58,402 nucleotides of DNA, taken from the IMG/VR virus record IMGVR_UViG_3300035701_000037, positions 1-58,402 of that record. The stretch is one strand, 5' to 3'. This document shows positions 26,467-35,733 of the stretch, in pieces. A model generated the notes under the pieces. It was given only the letters and a program-made list of their open reading frames with translations, did no database searches and was not told the origin of the DNA. This DNA is from a virus (Duplodnaviria > Caudoviricetes). A program made the translations under genes and the position numbers. Position 1 is the stretch's first letter; each line of letters opens with the position of its first letter.

Positions 26467-27132
26467 ATGACGATCGCGCGCGATAAGATCCGCCCGAACC
26501 CGTGGAATGCGAATGCATTCGACCCCGACAACTATCCCAAGTTGATCGAAAGTCTGCGCGATCGCGGCATCATGGAACCGCTGAAGGTGATGCCGGATCC
26601 CGATGCGCCTGGTTGGTTTCTGCTCGTGGACGGGTATCATCGGTGGCTGGCGGCCGAGATCCTCGACATCGCGGATCTGCCCTGCGAGGTCTGGGACATC
26701 TCGATCGAGGAAGCGAAGATCCGCGGACTGCAACTGAATTATCTACGCGGCCAGCCCGTCCCGCAGCGCCTCGCCGCCCTGCTGCATGACCTGAATGCTG
26801 AGCAGTCGGTGGAGGATCTCGCCAAGATCCTGCCGTGGTCGGCAGGCGAAATCGAGCAGGCGATGGAGATCATGCGGCTGCCGCCGGATCTGCAGGAGCG
26901 CCTGGACCGCGAGGCCGCGGACCAGTCGGCCCGGGCCCCCGTTCCGGTGACAGTGATCTTGGTGGGCCCGGAGTTCGATCGGTTCGAGCAGGCGATGGCC
27001 ACCGCGAAGAATGAACTGGGACACAACGCGTGGCGGGGCCAGTGCCTTGCTCGCATATGCGAGGCCTACATCCTCGACGCCGACCAATCCGGCGGCGACG
27101 CCCAATCGGATGAGCCGAGAAAGGCCGGATAG
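26467..27132 (+). CDS. ParB/Srx N-terminal domain protein
   Basis: IRPNPWNAN, LIESLRDRGIMEP, LVDGYHRW, QLNYLRG. Confidence 0.8.
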   Translation: MTIARDKIRPNPWNANAFDPDNYPKLIESLRDRGIMEPLKVMPDPDAPGWFLLVDGYHRWLAAEILDIADLPCEVWDISIEEAKIRGLQLNYLRGQPVPQRLAALLHDLNAEQSVEDLAKILPWSAGEIEQAMEIMRLPPDLQERLDREAADQSARAPVPVTVILVGPEFDRFEQAMATAKNELGHNAWRGQCLARICEAYILDADQSGGDAQSDEPRKAG

Positions 27133-27136
27133 GAGC

Positions 27137-27640
27137 ATGGAATTCTGGCGCCATGAAGGGCGATGGCATGTGGAAATGGATGCCTACGAGTGGGCACTCC
27201 TCGGCGCATTCCGGCGGGCGCATCTATTGCCAGACAAGGTCCTTCGGACATTCGTGAAATTTGCCGATCACCGGATACCAGCGGCTGACCGCATCGATGG
27301 CACGATCGTCATGCAGATGAAGGGCGGAACCACTCGATATCCGCCCGCCGCCTGTCAGTGGCTTCGACGCCATTTCCGGTGTTTGTCCGCCACAGAGGAC
27401 TTCGACTGGGCCGCGATCAGAAAACGCCTGCAGCGGATCGTGCCTTTGCGCAGGTTTTTCCCGTGGGAAACGGTTGATGAGGTCCTGGTGGCCCTTTACA
27501 GAGAGCAACGATCGCATGATCGGTTGGAAGCCATCGAACTTCGTCGGAGGCAGCGCCACGAGGAACAGACTTGTCGATCCGACATTATGCAGGGAGAAGG
27601 GGACGACAGGCACGAATCGGGGGAGGCCGAGGAACCTTGA
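27137..27640 (+). CDS. hypothetical protein
   Basis: RBS aggag. Confidence 0.5.
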   Translation: MEFWRHEGRWHVEMDAYEWALLGAFRRAHLLPDKVLRTFVKFADHRIPAADRIDGTIVMQMKGGTTRYPPAACQWLRRHFRCLSATEDFDWAAIRKRLQRIVPLRRFFPWETVDEVLVALYREQRSHDRLEAIELRRRQRHEEQTCRSDIMQGEGDDRHESGEAEEP

Positions 27641-29013
27641 GCAACCTTGGATACCTTATCGAGCTGTGGAGCATCGGGCACCTGCGGGCGAACCCGCGCA
27701 ATTACCGGGCGCACCCGCCCGAGCAGATCGAGGTATTGCGGCAGAATATCCGCAGACATGGCCTTGAAAAGCCGATCGTGGTCGCCGAGGACGGCACGAT
27801 CCTGGCCGGCCACGGCATCCTCGAAGCCGCGCGCCTCGAAGGCTATGAACAAGTCCCGGTCCATATCTACCATGGGGGCGATGCAGAGGCATTTCTGATC
27901 GACGATAACGGGAGCGATCGTCTGGCCCAAGACGATGAGCGCATCCTAGTGCAGTTGCTGCGCGAGCGGCAGTCGGCGGGCACACTGGGATCCACCGGAT
28001 GGACTGATGACGACCTGCGGGAGATGATGGCGCGCCTCGATATGTTGGACGAGGGCCTGCCGGCGGATCCGGGGGCCGGCGAGCCGCCGGCGCACGCGGT
28101 CACGCACCGCGGCGAGGTCTGGGTGATGGGGCGGCACCGCCTGATCTGTGGCGACTCCCGGGACGCGAGGGTGATGGAAACGATCCTCGCCGGCGAGCGG
28201 GCGGCCCTGTGCGTGACCTCGCCTCCCTACGGTGTCGGCAAGGAGTACGAGGAGAAGGGCATCACGCCCTGGTTCGAGACCGTCCGGCCAGTCATTCAGA
28301 ACCTGGCCCGGTTCGCGGAGATCGTGGTCTGGCAGATCGGCGATCTCTACACGACCGGAAGCCAGTTCATTGAGCCCACCATGGCACATTCCGCGCAGAT
28401 CTTTCTGGATGCCGGCATGCGGCCGATCTGGACCCGCATTTGGGAGAAACAGGGGATGAATTTCGGCATCGGCCCTTACCACCTGGTCTCGAACAAGCCG
28501 GTGCAGCAGTACGAGTACTTGGCGGCATTTGCCAGCGCACTGGCCGAGGACGCGGGCGGCGAGGTGCCCGAGATCCGGGAGTATGGCTTCGTCTGCGCCT
28601 TTGCGGGGGCGCAATACCGCTTCCTGCGCCGCCTGACCCAGGCGGAGCGGCGGGCATGGGGATACGCGGGAATCTGGCGCATCAACACGGTCGTCGAGAA
28701 CAAAGAGCACCCGGCGATGTTCCCGCTGGAGATCCCGGAGCGCTGCATCCGCATGCACAGCGACCCCGACAATCTGGTCCTGGAACCATTTTCTGGCGCA
28801 GGAACGACCATAATTGCCGCAGAAAGGCAGGGCAGGCGCTGCTGCGCGGTGGAATTGTCACCCGCCTACTGCGACGTGGCCGTGGACAGGTGGCAGCGCA
28901 TGACGGGTTTGCAGGCGCAGTTGGAGGGCAACGGAGCACTGTTCGACGAACGGCGGCAGCGGGATGGGGCAGCCGCGGCATCGGGCGCATTTGGCGGTCG
29001 CGAAGGGGGATGA
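27637..29013 (+). CDS. ParB-N domain fused to an N4/N6 DNA methyltransferase
   Basis: NPRNYRAHP, ILAGHG; HRLICGDS, TSPPY, HPAMFP, EPFSGAGTT. Confidence 0.88.
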   Translation: MSNLGYLIELWSIGHLRANPRNYRAHPPEQIEVLRQNIRRHGLEKPIVVAEDGTILAGHGILEAARLEGYEQVPVHIYHGGDAEAFLIDDNGSDRLAQDDERILVQLLRERQSAGTLGSTGWTDDDLREMMARLDMLDEGLPADPGAGEPPAHAVTHRGEVWVMGRHRLICGDSRDARVMETILAGERAALCVTSPPYGVGKEYEEKGITPWFETVRPVIQNLARFAEIVVWQIGDLYTTGSQFIEPTMAHSAQIFLDAGMRPIWTRIWEKQGMNFGIGPYHLVSNKPVQQYEYLAAFASALAEDAGGEVPEIREYGFVCAFAGAQYRFLRRLTQAERRAWGYAGIWRINTVVENKEHPAMFPLEIPERCIRMHSDPDNLVLEPFSGAGTTIIAAERQGRRCCAVELSPAYCDVAVDRWQRMTGLQAQLEGNGALFDERRQRDGAAAASGAFGGREGG

Positions 29014-29017
29014 CGCC

Positions 29018-29584
29018 TTGCCGAGGGGGCCGGAAGAGCGGGAGGCGATCAAGCAGAGGCAGGACCGGGCGTGGCATTTGCACACGATCAGGAAGCTGAC
29101 CGTGCCCGAAGTGGGCCGCGTGCTCAACGTCTCGGAGCGGACCATCCTGCGGGATCTGGCCGCGGCGCGGCGGAAGAACCTGGCCGCATTCAGGAAAGAC
29201 GCGAGCAAGGCCGACTGGCTGATGATCAACGCCATGGAAGCCCTCGGCGAATCCAACGCGATTATGCGCCAGGCGTGGACCGATCTGGTCAGTTCGCCGG
29301 AGGGATCGGCAGTGCGCGCCGGCTTCCTCAACGTCTTGCTGCGGGCGCTCGAGCGACGCATCGAGATCCTGCAGTCGCTGGGGCTGCTGGCCAAGGCGCC
29401 GGAAAGGATGTTGATGGGTGACCTCGATATCTCTCAACTCTCGGATTCAGAGCTTGAGGCTCTCCACGCGGGGCTCAAAGCGGAAGAGGAATGTCTTGCT
29501 CTCCCAGCTGGAGCGGGCGATCCGGGACCGGCGGAATCCGGCGGCGTGGATGCAGTCGTGCCTGCAGATCCGAACCAAAGATAG
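29018..29584 (+). CDS. terS: terminase small subunit (HTH)
   Basis: EVGRVLNVSERTILRDL HTH; directly upstream of terL; TTG start after aaggggg. Confidence 0.7.
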   Translation: MPRGPEEREAIKQRQDRAWHLHTIRKLTVPEVGRVLNVSERTILRDLAAARRKNLAAFRKDASKADWLMINAMEALGESNAIMRQAWTDLVSSPEGSAVRAGFLNVLLRALERRIEILQSLGLLAKAPERMLMGDLDISQLSDSELEALHAGLKAEEECLALPAGAGDPGPAESGGVDAVVPADPNQR

Positions 29585-31037
29585 ACGAGCTGTCCAGTTG
29601 GCGCCGAACGCGGTGCAGGTGCAGTATCTCGCCGAGCGCACCAACCGGGATGTGATACTCAAAGCGCGGCAGGTCGGGATCACGACGATCGTCTCCGCCC
29701 TATTCTTCTACGACACGATCACCAGGCCGAACACGGCATCGGTCATCGTCGCCCACGACCGCGAGAGCACGGAGCTCGTATTCCGCATCGTGCAGTTATT
29801 CTGGCGGCGGCTGCCGGACGCAATTCGGGAGAGGGCCGGGCCAACACATTTCGCTAGCCGGCGGGAGTTCTTCTGGCCGGCGATCAACAGCCAGTTCTAC
29901 ATCGGGACGGCGGGGGCTGTGACGTTCGGACGCGGCCAGACAATCAACAACTTGCACTGTTGCGAGTTCGCCTTCTGGCCCAGAGCCGAAGAATCAATGG
30001 CGACCCTGCTGGAGGCCGTGCCGGCGGACGGGCGAGTGGTCATCGAGTCCACGGCCAACGGAGTGGGCAATCATTTCCACACGGTATGGCGGGCGGCCGT
30101 GGACAGGCAGAGTACATTCCGAGCGCACTTCTTCCCCTGGTGGCGCGAGCCAGCATACCGATTGGCGGGCGAGCCACTCGGAGATCTGAGGGCCGATGAG
30201 GCCGCGCTGCGGGCGCAGGGATTCGATGATGACCAGATCCGCTGGCGCCGGACTAAGGAGCGCGAGCTCGGCGAGCGCTTCGTCCAGGAACACCCCGAGG
30301 ACGACGTGACTTGTTTTTTGGCCAGCGGGCGATGTTGCTTCGATGCCCTGGCATTGCGCCAGTTGCTCGGCCACATAGGCTCGGAGCCGCCGCCGCGGCG
30401 TGTGCTCGGACTGGAGAATGGCGCCGGAGCCACCTCGTTCGCGCCGGCGCACTTGCTCCTCTGGGCTTACCCCGAACGCGGGCATCTCTACGCCATCGGA
30501 GCGGACGTGGGCGAAGGACTGGCTGGAGGCGACGCCTCGTGCGCACAGGTGATAGACCGTGAGACCGGAGAACAGGTGGCGGAGCTGCATGGGCGCGTGG
30601 CACCGGATAGGTTCGGGCATTTGCTGGACGTCCTCGGCCGCTATTACGGCATGGCGACCATCGGGGTCGAGCGCAACAACCACGGGCATTCGACGCTCAA
30701 CACGCTGCGCAATGTCTGCCACTACCCCAGGCTCTACTACTACATGCGCTACGACCGCACTGCGCGGAAGAACCAGCCGGTGCTGGGCTGGCCGACCGAC
30801 CAGGCCACGAAGCCGATCCTGGTTGACGACCTGGTGGCGGCGGTGAACGGCGGTCACCTGCGGGTGCATTCGCCCGGGCTGGTGGATGAGTGTCTCACGT
30901 TCATCTCGAAGGACAATGGCGGGCAGGAGGCGCAAGAGGGCAAATACGATGACAGGGTGATGGCTGCGGGGATCGCCTGGCAGGTGCGCAAGCGTGGCGT
31001 CGCACGCGGCACCACCCAGAGGCCGCGAGGTTGGTGA
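29418..31037 (+). CDS. terL: terminase large subunit (start uncertain)
   Basis: ILKARQVGIT, NLHCCEFAFW, IESTANG, nuclease IGADVGEG, VERNNHG, DDRVMA. Confidence 0.92.
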   Translation: MTSISLNSRIQSLRLSTRGSKRKRNVLLSQLERAIRDRRNPAAWMQSCLQIRTKDRRAVQLAPNAVQVQYLAERTNRDVILKARQVGITTIVSALFFYDTITRPNTASVIVAHDRESTELVFRIVQLFWRRLPDAIRERAGPTHFASRREFFWPAINSQFYIGTAGAVTFGRGQTINNLHCCEFAFWPRAEESMATLLEAVPADGRVVIESTANGVGNHFHTVWRAAVDRQSTFRAHFFPWWREPAYRLAGEPLGDLRADEAALRAQGFDDDQIRWRRTKERELGERFVQEHPEDDVTCFLASGRCCFDALALRQLLGHIGSEPPPRRVLGLENGAGATSFAPAHLLLWAYPERGHLYAIGADVGEGLAGGDASCAQVIDRETGEQVAELHGRVAPDRFGHLLDVLGRYYGMATIGVERNNHGHSTLNTLRNVCHYPRLYYYMRYDRTARKNQPVLGWPTDQATKPILVDDLVAAVNGGHLRVHSPGLVDECLTFISKDNGGQEAQEGKYDDRVMAAGIAWQVRKRGVARGTTQRPRGW

Positions 31038-31252
31038 CCGCCCAACCCAAAGCCGATCAGAACTGGCAAGACCTCTGCGAGGGGTTGGCGCGCGCCTCCG
31101 AGACTATCGGCGGATACGGGCGTCTCTCGGTGGAAATCGTCTTTCACGGCGGCGCGCCAGTGGACCTGCACGTCCACGAACGGGTGAATCACTACCGCCT
31201 GGGCAGTACGAAACCTCCATTGACAGGGCGGTCGCCCCTGGCTACACTCTAG
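31034..31252 (+). CDS. small YezD/DUF2292-like protein
   Basis: GYGRLSVEIVFHGG.PV.LHVHER..YR resembles the FGSVEIVIHDG..VQIER pattern (from memory of the family). Confidence 0.5.
   Translation: MTAQPKADQNWQDLCEGLARASETIGGYGRLSVEIVFHGGAPVDLHVHERVNHYRLGSTKPPLTGRSPLATL
31220..31248 (+). promoter_or_regulatory. sigma70-type promoter for the portal leader
   Basis: TTGACA-17 bp-TACACT. Confidence 0.8.
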
Positions 31253-31260
31253 GCAACTGA

Positions 31261-31337
31261 ACAACTGAATACTCGCCGGCGTTGCGATGACGAGGCGAGC
31301 CGCTTCAAGCCCACAGAGGGCCGGCGGCTCGCCTTTT
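31261..31337 (+). ncRNA. cis-regulatory leader 1 (ACAACUGAAUA plus alternative antiterminator/terminator)
   Basis: ggcgag (31294-31299) pairs either with ctcgcc (31272-31277) or within terminator aggcgagccgc/gcggctcgcct-TTT. Confidence 0.65.
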
Positions 31338-31370
31338 GTATTGACTGCAGGATCGAAGAAGGAGCCGACT

Positions 31371-32900
31371 ATGGCGATCGATTTCAGGACGTATCCGCCG
31401 GCCGGCCACACAGACAGAGTGGCCGCCTACGGCAAGTTCGAAAAACTCTTCATCGGGGACCACAAGACAGTCTTCAATGTGCAAGTCGGCCCCTATCAGG
31501 CACTGCGCTACATCGTGGCCAATTTCCCGCAAACACTCTCGCGACTTTGCGCCGACATGCTCTTCGGCGAGCAGCCGGACTTCATGGCCGGCCAGCAGGA
31601 GGGACCCGAGCGCGAAAAGGCGCAGGCGGCGCTGGACAGCATGACCCAACTCAACAGCCTCCACGTGGTCAATTACGAATCGGCTCTCTCGAATTCTTTC
31701 CGGGGGGATGCTATCTACAAGGTCTGGTGGGGCGCCCCGGCCGGCGACTTCGGCGTGGAGAGCAAACCGCGCGCAGTCATCCAGGAAGTCCCCGCCGCGA
31801 TCTACTTCCCGGAGGTGGCCGAGGACGACGTGCGGGAGATCCGTCGGGTCACGCTCGCGTGGACAAAGCGCGATCCCAAGATCCCCACCATGCAATACCT
31901 GCGCGTCGAGGAACACGAGCCAGGCACGATAAAGCATCGCTTACTGCTGCTGACTGGCCAATCGCCCGGGCAGGAAGTGCCCCTCAACACGCTCGAGGAA
32001 TACAAGAACCTCCCGACAGAGGAAGAGACCGGCCTGCCGGTTATCCCGGTCGTGCATATCCCGAACTTCCGCTATGGCTCGCGCTTCTGGGGCATCAGCG
32101 ACTACCAGGGTCTCGACGCCCTCTTCGAGGCAATGAACAACCGCCTGTCGCAGATCGAGATCGTACTGGACAAACACGTGGCCCCGAAGATCATCTTGCC
32201 TCCCGGGTTCATCGACGATCAAGGCAAAGTGCGGTTCGACTCGATGGAGGCGGTGGAAATGACGGCGGGAGATATGCCGCCGAGTTACCTCACGTGGGAG
32301 GGACAGCTTACGGCCGCCGGCGCGCAGTACGATCGCCTGCTCGACCTGCTGATGATCACGGCCGAGATCGCGCCATCGTTGTTCGGTCTGGAGAAGTTCG
32401 GGCTGGCGGAGAGTGGCCGTGCATTGCGGCTGCGGTTGCTGCGGACCCTGGCGAAGATCAATCGGAAGCGCCTCTACTACGACCGCGGGCTGGCAGAGGT
32501 ACTGCTGATTGCACAGATGCTGGACGCAGCCAAAGGCGCGGGGGGTTATACGCCGGTGAAACCCAATATCCAGTGGGCGGACGGTCTCCCGGAAGATATC
32601 GTCGAGATGGTGCAGACGGAGGCCCAGCGATTGGCGGCGGGCAATAGCTCGATCGAATCCTCGATTCGGCGTTTGGACGGGCCGGATGCGGTGGAGGCGG
32701 AGATGGATCGGATCGCCGAGGAAGCGGGCCTATTTGGGGCCCTGATGGGCGCGACCGGCGGCCGTGGCGGGAAGGTCGAGCCCCCAGCCGTCCCCGGAGG
32801 CACGAGCGGCCAAGGCGGGCAACAGGGTGGGACGACCGAAACCCCAGGCCAGACCACCGGGGCAGCGGCCGGGGCACAACCAACCGGAGCCACCCAATGA
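31371..32900 (+). CDS. portal protein (SPP1/A118-like)
   Basis: Follows terL; LCADMLFGE, FWGISDY, ESGRALRLRL, IQWADGLP. Confidence 0.88.
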   Translation: MAIDFRTYPPAGHTDRVAAYGKFEKLFIGDHKTVFNVQVGPYQALRYIVANFPQTLSRLCADMLFGEQPDFMAGQQEGPEREKAQAALDSMTQLNSLHVVNYESALSNSFRGDAIYKVWWGAPAGDFGVESKPRAVIQEVPAAIYFPEVAEDDVREIRRVTLAWTKRDPKIPTMQYLRVEEHEPGTIKHRLLLLTGQSPGQEVPLNTLEEYKNLPTEEETGLPVIPVVHIPNFRYGSRFWGISDYQGLDALFEAMNNRLSQIEIVLDKHVAPKIILPPGFIDDQGKVRFDSMEAVEMTAGDMPPSYLTWEGQLTAAGAQYDRLLDLLMITAEIAPSLFGLEKFGLAESGRALRLRLLRTLAKINRKRLYYDRGLAEVLLIAQMLDAAKGAGGYTPVKPNIQWADGLPEDIVEMVQTEAQRLAAGNSSIESSIRRLDGPDAVEAEMDRIAEEAGLFGALMGATGGRGGKVEPPAVPGGTSGQGGQQGGTTETPGQTTGAAAGAQPTGATQ

Positions 32901-33196
32901 GTCCACCAATTGATCGCGAGTGCCGCAGGCTTGCGTCTGCGGTTATCTGGAGAGCATTCCTAGATGCCACGAGCCCGGAACAGGCGCACCAGTGTGAAAC
33001 TCACGCGATTGCTGGGAGACAGAACCACGAAGAGGCCCGCCGTTTCTTCGACCGTGGCTCGCCTGGCCTGGACTTCTGGTGCGATATGGCAGGGATGGAT
33101 GCGGAGACAGTCTCCGTCCGGGCCGTGGTATTGATCGCTCGCGCGGATGCTACCAGGCGCGCGCCGATCGCCGCGCAAGGCGGCATGGCCCCGTGA
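32897..33196 (+). CDS. hypothetical phage protein
   Basis: RRLASAVIWRAFLDA...FWCDMAGMD. Confidence 0.55.
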   Translation: MSPPIDRECRRLASAVIWRAFLDATSPEQAHQCETHAIAGRQNHEEARRFFDRGSPGLDFWCDMAGMDAETVSVRAVVLIARADATRRAPIAAQGGMAP

Positions 33197-33480
33197 CCAG
33201 GATCTTCCACAGCCGCGTTTACGGAGCGATCAACAAGCGGCGCCGCCGGGCATTGGGGCTGGTCGGGTTCAAACGCGAGCACGTCTGGAATCTCATGGCC
33301 CTCGAGGAGGTACACTTGCGGGCGCGGGCCGCGGCTGCGGCCTACCGGATGCTCCCCTGCTGGCGGCGGGCCCTGATACGGATCAGTCGGTTGTGGCCCA
33401 TGCTGGTGCGTTTTCTGCTGAGCCGGCGGCCCGTGTGGAAGTTGTTCGGGCGAAGGCCACGAGGAAACCAGCGAGGTTGA
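33193..33480 (+). CDS. hypothetical basic protein
   Basis: GTGA overlap; fills the gap before the minor capsid gene. Confidence 0.4.
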   Translation: MTRIFHSRVYGAINKRRRRALGLVGFKREHVWNLMALEEVHLRARAAAAAYRMLPCWRRALIRISRLWPMLVRFLLSRRPVWKLFGRRPRGNQRG

Positions 33481-33489
33481 GAGGCCTCG

Positions 33490-35655
33490 ATGCCCAAACT
33501 GATATCGGCCAGTCGCGCTCAAGAATTCAGACGGGCCTTCGATGGGCAGATCGGCGACCTGGCGGCGCTCTACCGCAATGCGGCTGCCGATGCACTCGAC
33601 GTGCTCACCAGGGCTGCCTCGACAGTTGCCTCGCGCCAGCGGGCTCTCGCACTCTTGCGGCAGTACGAGACCATGCTCGCGGAAATGAACGATGAGGCCG
33701 CGCTCTGGATTCACCTCAACGTCCCGGAAGCCTATGACGCGGGGGTCACCATTGCCGAGGAGGGGATCGGCAATATCCAGCGCGCCGGAATCAATCTGCG
33801 TCCCGGGCGCCGGCGGGCAGTGGCGCTCCGGGAGCGGGACGTCTTCTCGCGAGTCCACCAGGAGGCGGCCCAAGCGATTGCCGCGGCGATGGTTGACCGC
33901 ATGAGTGCGGCGGTGCTGGAGATCGGCCGGCGCGTGGACGATGTCTTCCGGCAAGAGGGGATGGTGGCGGTGGCGCGGGGGATCGCGGCCGGCAGGGCAC
34001 GGGTCGAGGTTAGCCGCGAGATTAAGGATCGGCTGATCCAGGCCGGGCAACCAGTCTTCCGGGATCGGCTCGGCCGCATCTGGACCCTCGACCGATACTC
34101 GGAGATGGTCGCTCGCACAACTACGCGTGAAGCGATGACCCAGGGGACGATCAATCGGCTGCGCCAGGAGGATATCCTGCTGGCGCGAGTCTCCTCTCAT
34201 CCGTGCGAAGATTTCTGTTGTGCGCCGGGTACGCGAGTGCTAACATCCGCGGGCTGGCATCGCATCGAGACTATTCAGGAGGGCGACCTGGTGATGACGC
34301 ACCAGGGCCGATGGCGCGCCGTGACAACCGTCATGCGGCGGCACTATAAGGGGCCCCTCATTGAGATCGGCGGGCTACGGGTCACGCCAGACCATCGGGT
34401 TTTGACCCGACGGGGATGGATGAAAGCGGGCGCACTACTGGGCCGGGACCAGATCGTGCTCCTTAAGGCCGTTGAGGACCGCGGTCGGCAATGTGCGGGG
34501 GTCTTTGCCCGATGCAATGCGGAGGACCTGATAGCCCAAGGCGCGGAGGTTGGCATCCCGAACACCATCTCTCTCAGCGCGCCGCTTGGCCTTGTGCCAG
34601 CCGCCGCCGTCGATCTCAACGATCAAATTAGCCCCGGGGAAGAAGAAATCAGCCACATACGCCTCGATGGGTTGTTGGAAGATATAGGGGATGCTGCGAC
34701 GGTCGAGTTCGGTTATCACCGCACGCTCGATCGCGGATGGATTTCGGCGGTAGGCCGCCGCGTTGCTCGTGGCCCTTCTGCTTCGGGTGACCGGATTCCG
34801 CGCGAGATTTCTCGCGCGCAATCGTCTGCCTGCCTCGGCATGCCATCGGCTACGATCCGGATGGTTGGGATCAGTGAAGCCCTTGGGGGCAAGGCCTCCG
34901 GTTGGCTTGGCCTTGATGCCATAGCGCGGCAGCCATCTCCGGGACAAGTGGGCATTGTAGGAGCGGCTGCGGCCCAATTCCTGCGCGATGTCAGCAAGAT
35001 TGGCTCCTTCTGCGACGCGGCGGCGGAGAAACTGCTCCAGTGGCTCTCCGAGGCGATCGCTGAACTTCTTTTCGGTCCCGCGCATCCGCAGCTCGCCGAA
35101 GCACTTGGAGGAACATGTCTGGGAGCGACCGCAGGCTTTGATAAGGGAGGGAAAAGAATCGGCAGCCTGGCCGCACACCGGGCAGATGGTCTTCATGCGC
35201 GGAGTATAGACGGTTCTGGCAGTTCGCGCAATAACTACCGCGGCCCCGTCTGGAATCTATCCGTGGCAGGCGATGAGAGCTACGTGGCGGAGGGGATTGT
35301 AGTCCACAACTGCATCTACTTCGAGGGCATGATTGTAAACATCGGCTCGAAGCCTCACCCGGTCTATCCAGACATCTCCGCGATCGGCGGCGGCCCGCCG
35401 TTCCACCCCCAGTGCACTCACGTGTTGGAGCCCTTCGTCGAACGACTGGCATCGCGCGAGGAGCGACAGCAGGGCAAGGCCGCACCGAAGGTGCTGATAC
35501 CGGCAGGCAGGTCGAGAGAGCAGCAATTCGGCCTTCTTCAGCGCCGGTTCACGAAGCAGTTCCCCGATCGAGCGCGAGAGGAAGGCAAGCGATTGCGCAC
35601 CGAGGGTGCGCGGGCTCAGGCGCGGCAAGAGCGGGCGGCGGCGCGGGCGCGGTAA
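33490..35655 (+). CDS. minor capsid/head morphogenesis protein interrupted by an intein (356 aa after splicing)
   Basis: DRLGRIWTLDRYSEMVARTT, VSSH.C...C..FEG, PPFHPQCTH. Confidence 0.88.
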   Translation: MPKLISASRAQEFRRAFDGQIGDLAALYRNAAADALDVLTRAASTVASRQRALALLRQYETMLAEMNDEAALWIHLNVPEAYDAGVTIAEEGIGNIQRAGINLRPGRRRAVALRERDVFSRVHQEAAQAIAAAMVDRMSAAVLEIGRRVDDVFRQEGMVAVARGIAAGRARVEVSREIKDRLIQAGQPVFRDRLGRIWTLDRYSEMVARTTTREAMTQGTINRLRQEDILLARVSSHPCEDFCCAPGTRVLTSAGWHRIETIQEGDLVMTHQGRWRAVTTVMRRHYKGPLIEIGGLRVTPDHRVLTRRGWMKAGALLGRDQIVLLKAVEDRGRQCAGVFARCNAEDLIAQGAEVGIPNTISLSAPLGLVPAAAVDLNDQISPGEEEISHIRLDGLLEDIGDAATVEFGYHRTLDRGWISAVGRRVARGPSASGDRIPREISRAQSSACLGMPSATIRMVGISEALGGKASGWLGLDAIARQPSPGQVGIVGAAAAQFLRDVSKIGSFCDAAAEKLLQWLSEAIAELLFGPAHPQLAEALGGTCLGATAGFDKGGKRIGSLAAHRADGLHARSIDGSGSSRNNYRGPVWNLSVAGDESYVAEGIVVHNCIYFEGMIVNIGSKPHPVYPDISAIGGGPPFHPQCTHVLEPFVERLASREERQQGKAAPKVLIPAGRSREQQFGLLQRRFTKQFPDRAREEGKRLRTEGARAQARQERAAARAR
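34435..35196 (-). CDS. DUF559/Vsr-like endonuclease with N-terminal Zn-finger and HTH, nested antisense in the intein
   Basis: CPVC..CSSKC; LADIAQELGRS; PSAIE..FQQPI..YVADF..LIVEIDG..WH..RD..RD..LRALGYQVLRI. Confidence 0.88.
   Translation of the reverse strand: MKTICPVCGQAADSFPSLIKACGRSQTCSSKCFGELRMRGTEKKFSDRLGEPLEQFLRRRVAEGANLADIAQELGRSRSYNAHLSRRWLPRYGIKAKPTGGLAPKGFTDPNHPDRSRWHAEAGRRLRARNLARNPVTRSRRATSNAAAYRRNPSAIERAVITELDRRSIPYIFQQPIEAYVADFFFPGANLIVEIDGGGWHKAKRRAERDGVRDANLRALGYQVLRIASGKDPRTLPTAVLNGLKEHDLVPAQ
35203..35231 (-). promoter_or_regulatory. sigma70-type promoter, leaderless, for the antisense endonuclease
   Basis: Minus strand reads TTGCGC-17 bp-TATACT-6 nt-ATG(35196). Confidence 0.7.
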
Positions 35656-35675
35656 CAAAAATCCGCCTGGGGGGA

Positions 35676-35703
35676 TTGACGGGCGCTGAAATTGGGATAC
35701 AAT
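35676..35703 (+). promoter_or_regulatory. sigma70-type promoter for the head-module leader
   Basis: TTGACG-16 bp-TACAAT. Confidence 0.7.
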
Positions 35704-35733
35704 AGGTAGGTAAGCCTGGACGGGGCCATCGTG

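Larger units (their letters stand above)
34216..35310 (+). mobile_element. intein (365 aa), C1...HN followed by C+1
   Basis: Block A CCAPGTRVLT, block B RVTPDHRVLT, blocks F/G VWNLSVAGDESYVAEGIVVHN then Cys. Confidence 0.93.
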
